A program made the position numbers and the translations under genes. The notes beneath the pieces were generated by a model, which saw only the letters and a list, made by a program, of their open reading frames with translations, had not been told where the DNA came from and ran no database searches. From positions 2,254 through 66,253 of the IMG/VR virus record IMGVR_UViG_3300042397_000475: DNA of 64,000 nucleotides; one strand, written 5' to 3'. The DNA is from a virus. This document shows, piece by piece, positions 36,039 to 46,700 of this stretch; the stretch's first letter is position 1; each line of letters opens with the position of its first letter.

Positions 36039-36755
36039 ATGGCACGTTCAGATGCTTACGCTACAACAGCGCAATCCCCAGTTAAGAAGTATTTATCTTG
36101 GTCTTCTAATGACAAGTGTTTTACTTATTGGGACAAAGAGGCAAAGGAAAACAAGAAACTTCCTTTACCTGTAAAGTTTATTCACTATGATGAGATGGCT
36201 ACCATCAAAGGGTGGCACGACAATTCAGGTTCAGGTATCTACTCTAATGAAGTGAAGTCTACAAAGACTGAACCATTCACGGTTCGTTCGTTTAAGGGAG
36301 GCGAAATTGCTTCAGGTTTATACCAAGACATCAAAGGCAAAGTTAACGCGTCAGGAGGCGACTATTACGTTAGCTTGTACGCGGAATTAGGTGGAGAGGT
36401 AGTTAACTTCTCATTCAAAGGCGCGGCTTTAATGACGTGGTCTAATTTCTCCAAGGAGAATCGCAAGCAGTTCCTAGGCAACTACATCAATGTACTTTCA
36501 GCATCTGATGAGAAGAAAGGTTCAGTTAAGTATAGCGTACCTGTGTTCACTGTTGGAAACAATATTGATGCTTCAGTAAGCGATGCTTCAGATAAGAACT
36601 ACGATAACTTAGTTGACTACTTTAAAGCGCGCAAAGCTAACTCAGCTTCGTCTGCTGAAGAAGTTCAGAGCCACACCGCTGAGGCTATATTTGCGCCTAA
36701 GGAGGATTTCCCTACAACTGCATTCGAAGATGCGTCAAGCGAACTACCTTTCTAA
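36039..36755 (+). CDS. Putative single-stranded DNA-binding protein
   Basis: 238 aa, aromatic-rich, acidic tail ending ELPF typical of SSBs; replication/recombination context. Confidence 0.6.
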   Translation: MARSDAYATTAQSPVKKYLSWSSNDKCFTYWDKEAKENKKLPLPVKFIHYDEMATIKGWHDNSGSGIYSNEVKSTKTEPFTVRSFKGGEIASGLYQDIKGKVNASGGDYYVSLYAELGGEVVNFSFKGAALMTWSNFSKENRKQFLGNYINVLSASDEKKGSVKYSVPVFTVGNNIDASVSDASDKNYDNLVDYFKARKANSASSAEEVQSHTAEAIFAPKEDFPTTAFEDASSELPF

Positions 36756-36756
36756 G

Positions 36757-37227
36757 ATGAACGAATTAGCAACACTAAAGAAAAGTACGATTGTCTCCGC
36801 TGATAAAAGAGAAATGACAAACATTGTGAGCCAGTATCTTGAGGATATGGCTTACAATGGCGGAGAACCTCTAAAGGATTTAGCATTGTGTAGAAAATAT
36901 ATATTTTTGCTAGAGGAATTAGAGAAGGGTCTTAAGGACTTTGCGATTACTGAACTAGAGTCATACGAAAGAAACGAAACTGACGTACTAGGAACAACTG
37001 TTAAGGCTGTTGACGCTGGAGTTAAGTATGACTTCTCTGCAACTCAGGCTTGGGCAAAACAAAAGGTTCTTGTTGACACTGAGTCAAAGAAACTTAAGGA
37101 AATAGAAGCGTTCGTTAAGACACTTAAGTCTAAGACTACAGTTGTAGACGAAGAAACAGGAGAAGCAGTAGAATACTTTCCTCCAGCTAAAACAAGTTCA
37201 ACATCAATTAGAGTAACTTTATCGTAA
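36757..37227 (+). CDS. Hypothetical protein (156 aa)
   Basis: ATG at 36757; KYDFS...VVDEETGE...PP.K. Confidence 0.7.
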   Translation: MNELATLKKSTIVSADKREMTNIVSQYLEDMAYNGGEPLKDLALCRKYIFLLEELEKGLKDFAITELESYERNETDVLGTTVKAVDAGVKYDFSATQAWAKQKVLVDTESKKLKEIEAFVKTLKSKTTVVDEETGEAVEYFPPAKTSSTSIRVTLS

Positions 37228-37335
37228 TGGAAAAAACATTTAATCAGGTATGGGACAATATAGGAGAACAACTCTATAACCTACACCGACAAAAGATAGA
37301 CTCAGCTAAGGCTAAGTTCGCCAAAGAGAAAGAAA

Positions 37336-37566
37336 ATGATAAATATAATAAAAGAGATTAGAACTGAATTAGGAATGACTCAGGCAGTATTTGCTAAAGA
37401 AGCGGGATTCAATACCGTTCAGCAAATATCAGGACTTGAAAATAACCAACGAGGCATAGGATTTAATCTCCTAGGTAAGATGGTCAGAAACTTGTCCGCT
37501 AATGGTCATCCAATCGCTCTCGATGTCAACTTAACCGTTGGGGAAAAGACACTAAGAATCCACTAA
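37336..37566 (+). CDS. XRE-family helix-turn-helix protein
   Basis: IKEIRTELGMTQAVFAKEAG...QQISGLENNQR. Confidence 0.85.
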   Translation: MINIIKEIRTELGMTQAVFAKEAGFNTVQQISGLENNQRGIGFNLLGKMVRNLSANGHPIALDVNLTVGEKTLRIH

Positions 37567-37967
37567 TGGTAATAGACGAAGAGATTGCAACAATCAATAT
37601 TGAATGGGAAGGGGTTGACCTGTCTCTTAACAAATGGTACGCGAATAGACACTGGTCTTTCCGTAACAAAGAGAAAGAGTTTTGGGCTAACCTCTTCCTA
37701 AAGTTGCTTCCTAAGCGCTTAAAAAAGATAGACAAGTATATTATCACAATGTACTTCAATAGTCGCTTAGACGCCAGTAATACCGTCCCTATGATTAAGA
37801 TTCTAGAGGATACTATGAAGAAGGCTCACTACATTGTAGATGACTCCAAAAAATTCTGCAAAGGTATCCAAATTTATCCTGATGAAAGCCTAGGTAAGAA
37901 GCATTACAAGTTAACAGTCCACATCCTATCCTATGCAACTAAAGAAACTAAAGCTTATCGCGCCTGA
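37566..37967 (+). CDS. RusA-like Holliday junction resolvase
   Basis: LSLNKWY...RLDASN...KILEDTM...IVDDS. Confidence 0.7.
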   Translation: MVIDEEIATINIEWEGVDLSLNKWYANRHWSFRNKEKEFWANLFLKLLPKRLKKIDKYIITMYFNSRLDASNTVPMIKILEDTMKKAHYIVDDSKKFCKGIQIYPDESLGKKHYKLTVHILSYATKETKAYRA

Positions 37968-38457
37968 TACTTATCAGGAGAAGCTATCGGATATATTTTC
38001 AAAAGAAGTCTTCTATACTAATCTTGATAAATATAAACAGCGAAATCAATCAGATGTAAAGAAAGTAATATCTGATATCTATATAGGTAAGATGGCAGAA
38101 TTTGCTGTATGGAATTACCTTCAACGCGATGGCAAAGACGCTACCTTCCCTGATATTATGATATATCTTAGTAACAAAAAATCATATGATGCTGACATTA
38201 CAGCAGGAGATGTTAAGATTCACGTCAAGTCTTGTGTTGCAATGGGAGTTTATCCTATTAGCTGGGTGTTCCAGCCCAATGACCCTGTTACAATTAACCC
38301 CTCCAATAAAGACTTCCTAGCGCTTGTTTCTATTGAGGACGATAATTCCTTTAACGCGTACTTTGTTAAGGCAGCAGATGTGCTGCAAATATACGAGAAG
38401 CCTAAGAAGGAAGGATTAGATAAAAAAGTTATTTACGAATCAACCTTATTACAATGA
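37933..38457 (+). CDS. PD-(D/E)XK-like nuclease / hypothetical protein
   Basis: GKMAEFAV...YDADI...IHVKS. Confidence 0.55.
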   Translation: MQLKKLKLIAPDTYQEKLSDIFSKEVFYTNLDKYKQRNQSDVKKVISDIYIGKMAEFAVWNYLQRDGKDATFPDIMIYLSNKKSYDADITAGDVKIHVKSCVAMGVYPISWVFQPNDPVTINPSNKDFLALVSIEDDNSFNAYFVKAADVLQIYEKPKKEGLDKKVIYESTLLQ

Positions 38458-38597
38458 CAGCAGTATTAATTATTATCTTATGCTTATCTATCCTAGGAGT
38501 TATTGTCTATAACTGGGTAGAAAACATAGAGTATATGCAAAAGAATCATCCTGATTACAAGGGTGAAGATTTATTTGATGAGGAAGTAAAGAAGTAA
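38454..38597 (+). CDS. Small membrane protein (47 aa, not in ORF track)
   Basis: MTAVLIIILCLSILGVIVYNW...HPDYKGEDLF*. Confidence 0.6.
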   Translation: MTAVLIIILCLSILGVIVYNWVENIEYMQKNHPDYKGEDLFDEEVKK

Positions 38598-38864
38598 TTA
38601 CTTGCCTCCGCGCGCGCGTTTATCTCCTGATGAATCTGACTTAGAGCCTCTATTAACGGAGGCTTTTTTCATTACAATACCTTTGGATGTATGAGATGCA
38701 TCCTTGCCGTCTCCGTTGCCGTATGTACCACGTTCGCGGTTAACCTTAACTAATTCCGCTCTCTTAGCGCGTTGTTCAGGCTTACGGTTAAACTCTTTAT
38801 TATAGGCGTCTTTCTTAGCCTTAGATTCTGGATTAGCAGCGTAATATTTAGCGCTCTTTTTCAT
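38598..38864 (-). CDS. Small basic protein with degenerate HNH-like motif
   Basis: K/R-rich; GDGKDASH...SVNRG. Confidence 0.6.
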   Translation of the reverse strand: MKKSAKYYAANPESKAKKDAYNKEFNRKPEQRAKRAELVKVNRERGTYGNGDGKDASHTSKGIVMKKASVNRGSKSDSSGDKRARGGK

Positions 38865-39321
38865 CACTCTCAACTTTATGTTTTGAAGCCACTAAGTTAC
38901 ACATTTTTATGAAGTAATCCTGAGAGTAGATGTATTTCATATAGTTGACGTCCTTGTGAACTATCTGTATATTATCGCGCACATATCCTTCTGCATTATC
39001 TATTCTGTCCAAAGATGCAGTATCTTTAAATGCAATTGGGACACCAGTCAAAGCGCAGGCTTTATCTTGCGCGATGTAGATGTCCCAAATTTCTTCTATG
39101 GAAACTGTAAAATCGTAATTTCTTGCTTTAGCTCTTCTTACCTTTTCATTATACCACGAAGCAGGTATACCCTGATATCCTTTAATTGCTCTGCCTTGAT
39201 TAGAGCAAGTTCTGCAGGGTAAATTTTTCTTTACAGACCTGTTTCTTTCAGCAATGTCCTTATACCCAAGTTCTTTTTGGCATATAGGACAGTTGCGTTT
39301 ATGTGGCTTTTCGTTTAACAA
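38848..39321 (-). CDS. HNH-type endonuclease with zinc fingers
   Basis: CPIC...CRTC; CALTG...ASLDRIDNAEGYVRDNIQIVHKDVNYMK. Confidence 0.8.
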   Translation of the reverse strand: MLNEKPHKRNCPICQKELGYKDIAERNRSVKKNLPCRTCSNQGRAIKGYQGIPASWYNEKVRRAKARNYDFTVSIEEIWDIYIAQDKACALTGVPIAFKDTASLDRIDNAEGYVRDNIQIVHKDVNYMKYIYSQDYFIKMCNLVASKHKVESDEKER

Positions 39322-39323
39322 GC

Positions 39324-40145
39324 CTATTTTTTAACAGGTTTGCTATTCTTAGCTTTCTGTGCTTCAGCTGACCTCCTAGCCCACTCATCTTGTTTAGCTT
39401 GTATAGCCGCTCTTTGTTCTGGTGTCATAGAAAATTCATCTACGCCAGCCATATTCCAGCCTGAACCTTTAGCTACCTGTGTCAAATACTGCACTTCTTC
39501 AGGCAAATCCCCAGTCCTTATATATTCGTGAGTTTTATTTGGATTAACGGGATTTCTATACACCCAATTGCCTTTTTCATTTTTTAAAGCTCGGCTCCTT
39601 ATTGTTTTGTCAGGTACAGCTCCGCTTGGATTTAATGATGTTCCGTAGTCAACCATACCTACGTCAGGATGACTTCTGTCAATTGAGCCATCAGGAAGTC
39701 TCATCCCCTCTAATATTTTTGCGCCACCTACTGCTGTTTTATACTCCGTCCAAATAGGTCCTGGAGTGTTTATTAAATGCTTACTTTTTGGAGAAACATA
39801 TTTAATTTCTTCTGTTGGCTGTTCTGCAAAATACCCAGTGTTATTCTCCATTTGATTCAACCAATCCAATACTGCTTGCGGAGTCTTAGTTGGTTTGCCA
39901 TCTGTAGCAGAGTTTAGATACAGAGCTTTATTTTGTTTATTAGTTTGCGCAACAGCTGGCTGCTTAACAACCTTATTCCCTTTACCTGACTGAGGTGCCT
40001 GTAAGTATTGAGCCTGCTGTGGGACAGACGCCTGACCTTGCGATTGAGGCGACATAGCCATCATTGAAGTCTGCGATGTAGCCGCTGGCTGAACTGGGTC
40101 AGGAGATATGCGATTTAATAATAAATCTGATAGATTAGATAACAT
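39324..40145 (-). CDS. Hypothetical protein (273 aa, Q/P-rich N-terminus)
   Basis: Likely start MLSNL at 40145, after the upstream stop. Confidence 0.65.
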   Translation of the reverse strand: MLSNLSDLLLNRISPDPVQPAATSQTSMMAMSPQSQGQASVPQQAQYLQAPQSGKGNKVVKQPAVAQTNKQNKALYLNSATDGKPTKTPQAVLDWLNQMENNTGYFAEQPTEEIKYVSPKSKHLINTPGPIWTEYKTAVGGAKILEGMRLPDGSIDRSHPDVGMVDYGTSLNPSGAVPDKTIRSRALKNEKGNWVYRNPVNPNKTHEYIRTGDLPEEVQYLTQVAKGSGWNMAGVDEFSMTPEQRAAIQAKQDEWARRSAEAQKAKNSKPVKK

Positions 40146-40146
40146 A

Positions 40147-40458
40147 TTATGAACCTTTAACCCATTTCTTAGATGGGGATGCTGTTTTACTTGGAGACCA
40201 TTTAACTTTATTTGCCCAATAGGCGGCACTCATTTTGCCTTTAGCAATGTTCTTTGCGTGACGAGATTTAAACGCCTCACGTTGACCTGCAGTCTGGTTA
40301 GTTCTAACACCTGCCTGACCAAAGCGTATAAGTTTAACGCGGTCTCCTTCCTTTGCAAGTACAATGTGAGACTTCCCGCCTTGAGTACTTCTTTTAGGCT
40401 TGTTTACACCTTGTAGACCGTATCTCTGTAACTTATTTTTAATAGCTTCGTTAATCAT
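40147..40458 (-). CDS. Small basic conserved phage protein
   Basis: NKPKR...KSHIVLAK.G..VKLIRFGQ.G...FKSRHAKNIAKGKMSAAYWANKVKW. Confidence 0.75.
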   Translation of the reverse strand: MINEAIKNKLQRYGLQGVNKPKRSTQGGKSHIVLAKEGDRVKLIRFGQAGVRTNQTAGQREAFKSRHAKNIAKGKMSAAYWANKVKWSPSKTASPSKKWVKGS

Positions 40459-40601
40459 TTCTTCTTAGCAGTTTTAGCGGCTTGCTTGAATTGTTTAGCT
40501 GTAGGAGCACCTTTAGCTCCTGGAGTTCTCATTTTTTCACCAGAACCAGCTTCAATTCGTTTCCGCTTAGCGTGAATATTAGCGTATAACCCATTCTTCA
40601 T
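40455..40601 (-). CDS. Small basic peptide (48 aa, not in ORF track)
   Basis: MKNGLYANIHAKRKRIEAGSGEKMRTPGAKGAPTAKQFKQAAKTAKKK*; ATGA-coupled to the next gene. Confidence 0.75.
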   Translation of the reverse strand: MKNGLYANIHAKRKRIEAGSGEKMRTPGAKGAPTAKQFKQAAKTAKKK

Positions 40602-40602
40602 A

Positions 40603-40746
40603 TTACTTCTTTTTTGACGCAAGATACTTAAAATAATTTACTTGTTTCTCACGTTTTTCTATACCTGCTTTAGTCTTAGCAGTTCCTAAGTTACGACCAG
40701 TTGTTTTGGAGACTAACTTGTAGCCTCCTTTTATTTTCTTTATCAT
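40603..40746 (-). CDS. Small basic peptide (47 aa, not in ORF track)
   Basis: MIKKIKGGYKLVSKTTGRNLGTAKTKAGIEKREKQVNYFKYLASKKK*; ATGA-coupled to the 2467 aa gene. Confidence 0.7.
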   Translation of the reverse strand: MIKKIKGGYKLVSKTTGRNLGTAKTKAGIEKREKQVNYFKYLASKKK

Positions 40747-43700
40747 TTTTTGATAGATTTTTGTTCGTTATTATAAGCTTCAAGATAATATGGTATAACT
40801 GCTTTATCCCACATCTTTAAGACAATTAAATCTTTTAGTAATTTAACTGCCTCAGGAGATTTATTAGGAGCTAATAAGTCCTGATTAAGTTGATAAATCA
40901 TCTTACCTTGGCTCACTGGACTCTTTTCAAACATAATTTGAGCATACTCATTTTCAAACTGAGGATAATTAATTGTATTCTTTGTCTTTAAGAATGTGTA
41001 GTATTTAGCTGCGCCGCTTAAGAATTCTTCTCCATTGTTATTGACAATAGTTCCTACTGCGTCAAAGTTTTTACCTGCTTTAACAGCTTCTGAAATCTGT
41101 GTTTTCACAATCTGATATCTTCTGTTTTCGGCTTTTTGAATAACATCAAATGTTTCTTTAAGACCATTCTTATATACAATTTTAGGGTCTGATACATCTA
41201 CAGCTCTATTTTTTATAGCGCCTAAGAATGCCATTGGTATATCAGTTAAGTTACCTGTCTCATATTTAGAGCGTTGTTCAGGCTTAAGATTACCAATGCT
41301 AAATGTATTAATAGATTTATCCATTAAAGAATACGCCATTTGGACAAGAGGGTTAGATACAGGTAATATGTCCTCTAAAGCCTTCTGACCTCTGATTGGA
41401 GAAATTCCACCTGTCTTATATTCTGTTCCTCTTATGTTAGTTGTAGTAGCTGTAGCAGCACCTAAAACTTTCATAAACTCAGTAACCTTTTTATTATCAG
41501 CACCTTCTTCCCAATCCTCTACTTTTGGACCGTTGTAAATAGGTCTATTTCTCCAAGTATCAATGTTATTTGAATACTCTTTAATTGCTTTGTATGCAGG
41601 AGGGAAGAATGAAGATGTAGATGGCAGCAAAACAGATAATGATTTCTGCAACCTATCTGCTTTCCAAGCTTCTAATTCCTTTTCTTTTCCATCAATGCTT
41701 CTATAGTAGATACCCTCAGCTTGATTTTGGAATATATTCAAAAACCCTTTTACTGTATTTGGTACAGCTATTTTTGTATAAGCGCGCGTCCCATCTTCAT
41801 TCTTAAATGGATGGAAAATAACAATGTTCTTAAGTAAATCATTCTGAACATCATCATTGTCGTAATCGTCTCCTGCTACCATTAAATTATATATCGTAAT
41901 AGCAGCTAAAGCGCCACCTACAGCGCCAATTTTTTTAGTAAATTCTTTAGGGTTATTAATAATATACTCAGCAGTTATTTTGTTTGCTTGAGTTAATACG
42001 TTCAAGTAAGGAATAAATCCATCTAACCATTTGGTAGCCAAGCCGCCTCTATGGTAATCCATTGCAGCACGAGCTTTAAAAGCTGCTTTTGCTTTAATTT
42101 TTTCTAAATCTACACCTTCTGCATCTCTTCCGTTTTTCTTATTGTATTCCTCAAGCATTGTATCGCGCATAGTTTTATACGCGTTAAGCTTAGATGCCAA
42201 CTCGGAAATATTACCAAGTAAACCTAGAGCTTCGCCCACTTTACCTGCTATATTAGCTTCCATAGTTTGAGTCAACATCAAACCACCAGCCTGACCATAT
42301 TCTAAAATAAGGTTATTTATATCAGTATTATCACCCAACTTAAATTCAGCCTTAAGAAGTTCCTCGGCTAAATTTAATGTACCTGTAACAGCTTGTTGGT
42401 ATTGACCTGCAACACCGCCTGCATAAATATCATTTAAGTGGACTTGAGATATAATATCAACAGGAATATTACTGATAGGGAACGCCATATTCATACCAGT
42501 TGCAATAGCTCTAACAATTGCCGCACCTGTTGAATTGCTAATGATTTTATAGTAAATGTTACTTTTGTCAAATAACTGTTCATCATAAAATTCTTTAGCT
42601 AAATTATCTCTCATTTGGAAAGCATAACTCTTGCCATCTACCTTATAATACATATTTCTGAATGCATTATTCTTCCCTGCATTATCAGCTGCTAATATCT
42701 TAGGAGAACCATCAGGATTCATCTTAATTGTTCCGTCAGAATATCTATCGTAATTAGCTTCCTTAATCCAATCGTAATTAGCAGTTACCATTTCGTCGTG
42801 TAAAACCTTAGTAGCTTTATTTGTAGCAACCTTAACTTCAGCAGCAATCATCGCGGCGTGTAATAGCTTTTCGGTATCTAATTCTAATAATTCTTCTGAG
42901 CCACCAGTGATATTGTTTATATCTTTTTTAGTAACTAACGAGCCTCTAGAATTGAATGAATTCAAAGTTATTCCTGATAATTCATTGTTCTGAATACCAT
43001 ACATAAACATCATAAACTGCCTAGGACTATAGTTATAGTCTTTATACATATTATATGTTGCTTCGTCAATAATTCCGTTGTCAAATTTATATTTTAAAAT
43101 ATCGCTAAATGCTTTAAAGTATTTATCGCTGCGAGAATATAATGCATCGTAAGCTTCCTTACCTAATAATCTTTCCATATCAGCAAGCGTTTTCTTTGCT
43201 GAAACTTCATTAGTTGGAACATCTTTTTTAGTTGCATAATCTGTATGTGATGTATGTAACACAGTTGGCTTGTCTCTTAAATCTTTCTGCAAATCAGCAA
43301 TCTGCTTTTTAATAGACTTAATGTCATTAGCACTTGTTGCAGTTTTAAGAATACCTTTAAGAAAATCAATTCTATCAGTTAATTGTTTGCGCAGATTAGC
43401 TCTATTATTATCAATCGCAATAACTCTTCTAAGGAATATAATATCATCTAATAGTTTTCTATTGCTTTTGCTAACTCCTTCATATATCTCCTTATATCTT
43501 TCTGCAAACTTTAAAGTTCCAAAATTAGAAGCTCCTGCTTTGTTGTACATAGCATATAAAGCGTACTCAAAATCTGCTTGCTCAAAAGCTTTCTTAACAT
43601 TAATATTTCTTTCAAAAAGAGCTTTTACTATACCATTCCAAACAGTCGTTAAATTAGCCTTTCTTAATGCCTCTAATTCATCACGCTTGTTTTGCATAAT

Positions 43701-46700
43701 AGAAGGCAATGTAACTTGCTGACGTAACGTATCTTTTTGGCGTTGCTTAAATTCAGCTTGCTTTAAATCGTCACGTTTAGATTCATCCAAGTTAAAGCCC
43801 ATACTTCTAGCAACACTTGCTGCGACGTTAGCCTTATTGAACTTAACCAATCCCTTAGGCATCAATACGTCTTTTTTAAATGCAATCTTTTTTTCAGCAA
43901 GCAAGTCTGTATACTTTCTTTCTTCTAAAGGCTTATTTCTTGATTTTGGTTTATAGTCATTATCGTTTGGATATAACTCTCTAACCATATCGTCTCTTTC
44001 TGATTCAGCCATATCAATAGCCGATTCAGCTGTAGCGTATTCAGAAAAGTTTTCATTTACATCATATAAGCCATCAAGAACAAAGTGATTAGTTCCGCCT
44101 AACTTTCCATTAAATAATGGATGCTCAATTCCTTTATTTTGCAACTCTGATATTTCACTATTACGCTGTTCCTCAGATTTAATATCTACTTCAAATCCTC
44201 CAACAACAAAGTTTCCAATATTGTTGCTAATCAAATCTTCTGTTAAAAAAGAACTGTCGCCATACTCATTTAAAAAACCAGTCTTACTGTATCCTACGTT
44301 TTTTAATGCAAGTTTAACAGGGTCTGTTTTAGCGTTTGTTCTTATATCAAGCGAATCAATCATAAAGCCATTTAATATGGCTGTTCTTGAGTTAAATGTA
44401 GTATCCTTTATAAACTCTTGAGTAAACTGATTGATATCAATATTAGAATCGATACTGTCAATTAATGCAAATAATGCTTTTTCTGTGTTTCTTTTTCCTG
44501 TCTTAGAATCTTCTCTTGCTAACTCATCTGCAACAGCTTTGTTATTTAAAACATAGTCTTTCATTGCTTGCTTAATAGAATCAAGTTGCTCAGGAGTTGC
44601 AGTTGCAACTTCCTTTAATCCACGAGCAAAATACTTAACACCATAAGAATTACCAATCGTTGTAAATGGAGGCTGAATCATAATTAATACAGCAGCCTTA
44701 CCTTCACCGTGAATATTATATGCGCGAGACATTGTGCTCTTAACAGCTCCTTCATTTACAGATGCAAACCCAATTCCATCTTCTATATTCTTTTTAATAG
44801 TAGAGAATCCAAATCCTCCTAAAATAGGTTCACCAAGAGAGTCTACACCGTATCCTGTAGCATCACTTGTAATAATAATTACGCGACCATCATATTCTGC
44901 AATTACATCTTTTAAGCTCTTAGATGGCAAATTAATGCTTTCAAATACAGCCCCTTCAGGGAACTCATATTTGCCAATCTTTTGGCTTTTAAGGATTGGT
45001 TTGGACGCCTTGAATGAATCAGGCTCAACCTCCACAGATAGTCCCTCAGAATAAGGGTCTTGCGCTTCTAAATCTTCTGTAGTTGCTGGAGCTTCTTGGC
45101 GAGAAGTAACATAGTCTAAATTTGCAACTCCGCCCTCTCTTAATGATTTAGATAATCCTTCAAAGAAATTAGCAACCTCTTCTACAGATGCTTCTTCTGT
45201 AAATAAACTATTAGCATAATCACTTAATACTTTGCTATCAAGTCTATCCGCAATAGAAGCAACAAAGTCTCTAATAGCAATAGCTATTTTTTGCATTAAT
45301 GGTCTATCAAGTTGGATATCCTTTGTAGTCATTAACCCTGCTAATTCCGCTAAGAACTCCTCGTTTTGAACATCCTGTGATTCATTAGAATAAGACTCAA
45401 GGAACTTATTTAAAGTCTCAATATTGTTGTCTGAAAGAACCTTAATAATCTTTTCTTTCATTGCCTGGAACTCAGCTGGATTATCCTTAGCCATTTTAAC
45501 AACAGCTTCGTGGAATATTTCGTGAGCTGCAGTTGAGTCACTCATACGAGATACATCAATGTGAATAACGCCAGCGTGATGTAATCCTGTTGAAGTCTTA
45601 GCCGCCTTGTTAGCTTTAGTCTTAGAATATCCACGAGATATTAATCCATTTGCCATATCAGATGCATTATCATATAATATGATTTGCGCATCTGGGTTGA
45701 TAGATTGAAGTGCTTGATAGCTATTCGCTAAACGTTGTTTTGCTCCAGGAGTTAACTTCCCTAAGATTTTGTTCTGAGCCTGCATTATGTTTGAGTCAAC
45801 TGAATATTGTCTATTCGCTGACTCCATTGCTTGCTGCTTAGCTTCTTTATTTGACAAGAATGAAATAAGCTCGCCGTTAGTAACTTTTAATTTATTACCT
45901 GTCTTAGTATCATTTAATACAGCAGATACAAAGTTTCCACTATCATCTTTTTCTGTTGACTCAATAGTCACATCTCCGACAGCTACAGTATTATCCTCAA
46001 TAGCTTGCTCTTCAGAAACACTTCTGTATCTTCTTTTAGGGCTAAGCTTTACCTCTCCATTAGCTGAAACAGATGCAACCATCTTGGACTTTTTACCCTC
46101 TGGATTTGTTACCTCAATAACCTCTCCTTCAAAGCGTTGGTTCTGTAGTCTTTTTGCTCGCTCAGCTCTCTTCTTTGATTCAGATTTAAATGCATCTGCA
46201 TTCTCAACAGGGCTAACTAATTGACCATTTTTAGTCGCAAATTTATACCCCTCAATCTTATTAAGTTGCTGGTCAATCTTGTTTAAAACAATGTCTTTCT
46301 CAGTATTACTTAATTCTTCATTTTGCTCTACCTGAGTCTGTAAACTATATAAAGTATTAGCAGCTTGATTTAAAGACGTGCTTTCAACCTCTAGTTGGTT
46401 ATCAATCTTATTAATAACTTCTTGGTGAGCAGTTTCGTACTCTTGAAACAAGTTATTACTATTAATAAACTCTTCAGCATTAGCTTTTGCAAGCTTACCC
46501 ATTGCCTCTTGACCTTGCTGAGTTCTCGATAAAATGTTAGAGTAATTTTGTTCAAAAATGTTGTCTAATATATCTTTATGATATTTTATCTGGTTATCTA
46601 AATCTTCTTGAATGTCAATATCTTTTACGTTTTGTTTTTTCTCTTCAAGAGATTGGATAACATTAGCTCTGTCTAAAGCGTCTGCCCTTTGTGCTTTATC

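Noticed and set aside
37336-37566. Lysogeny switch (repressor)
   Set aside because: A lone short HTH gene co-oriented within an operon; no integrase, divergent cro/cI pair or peptidase domain in the window
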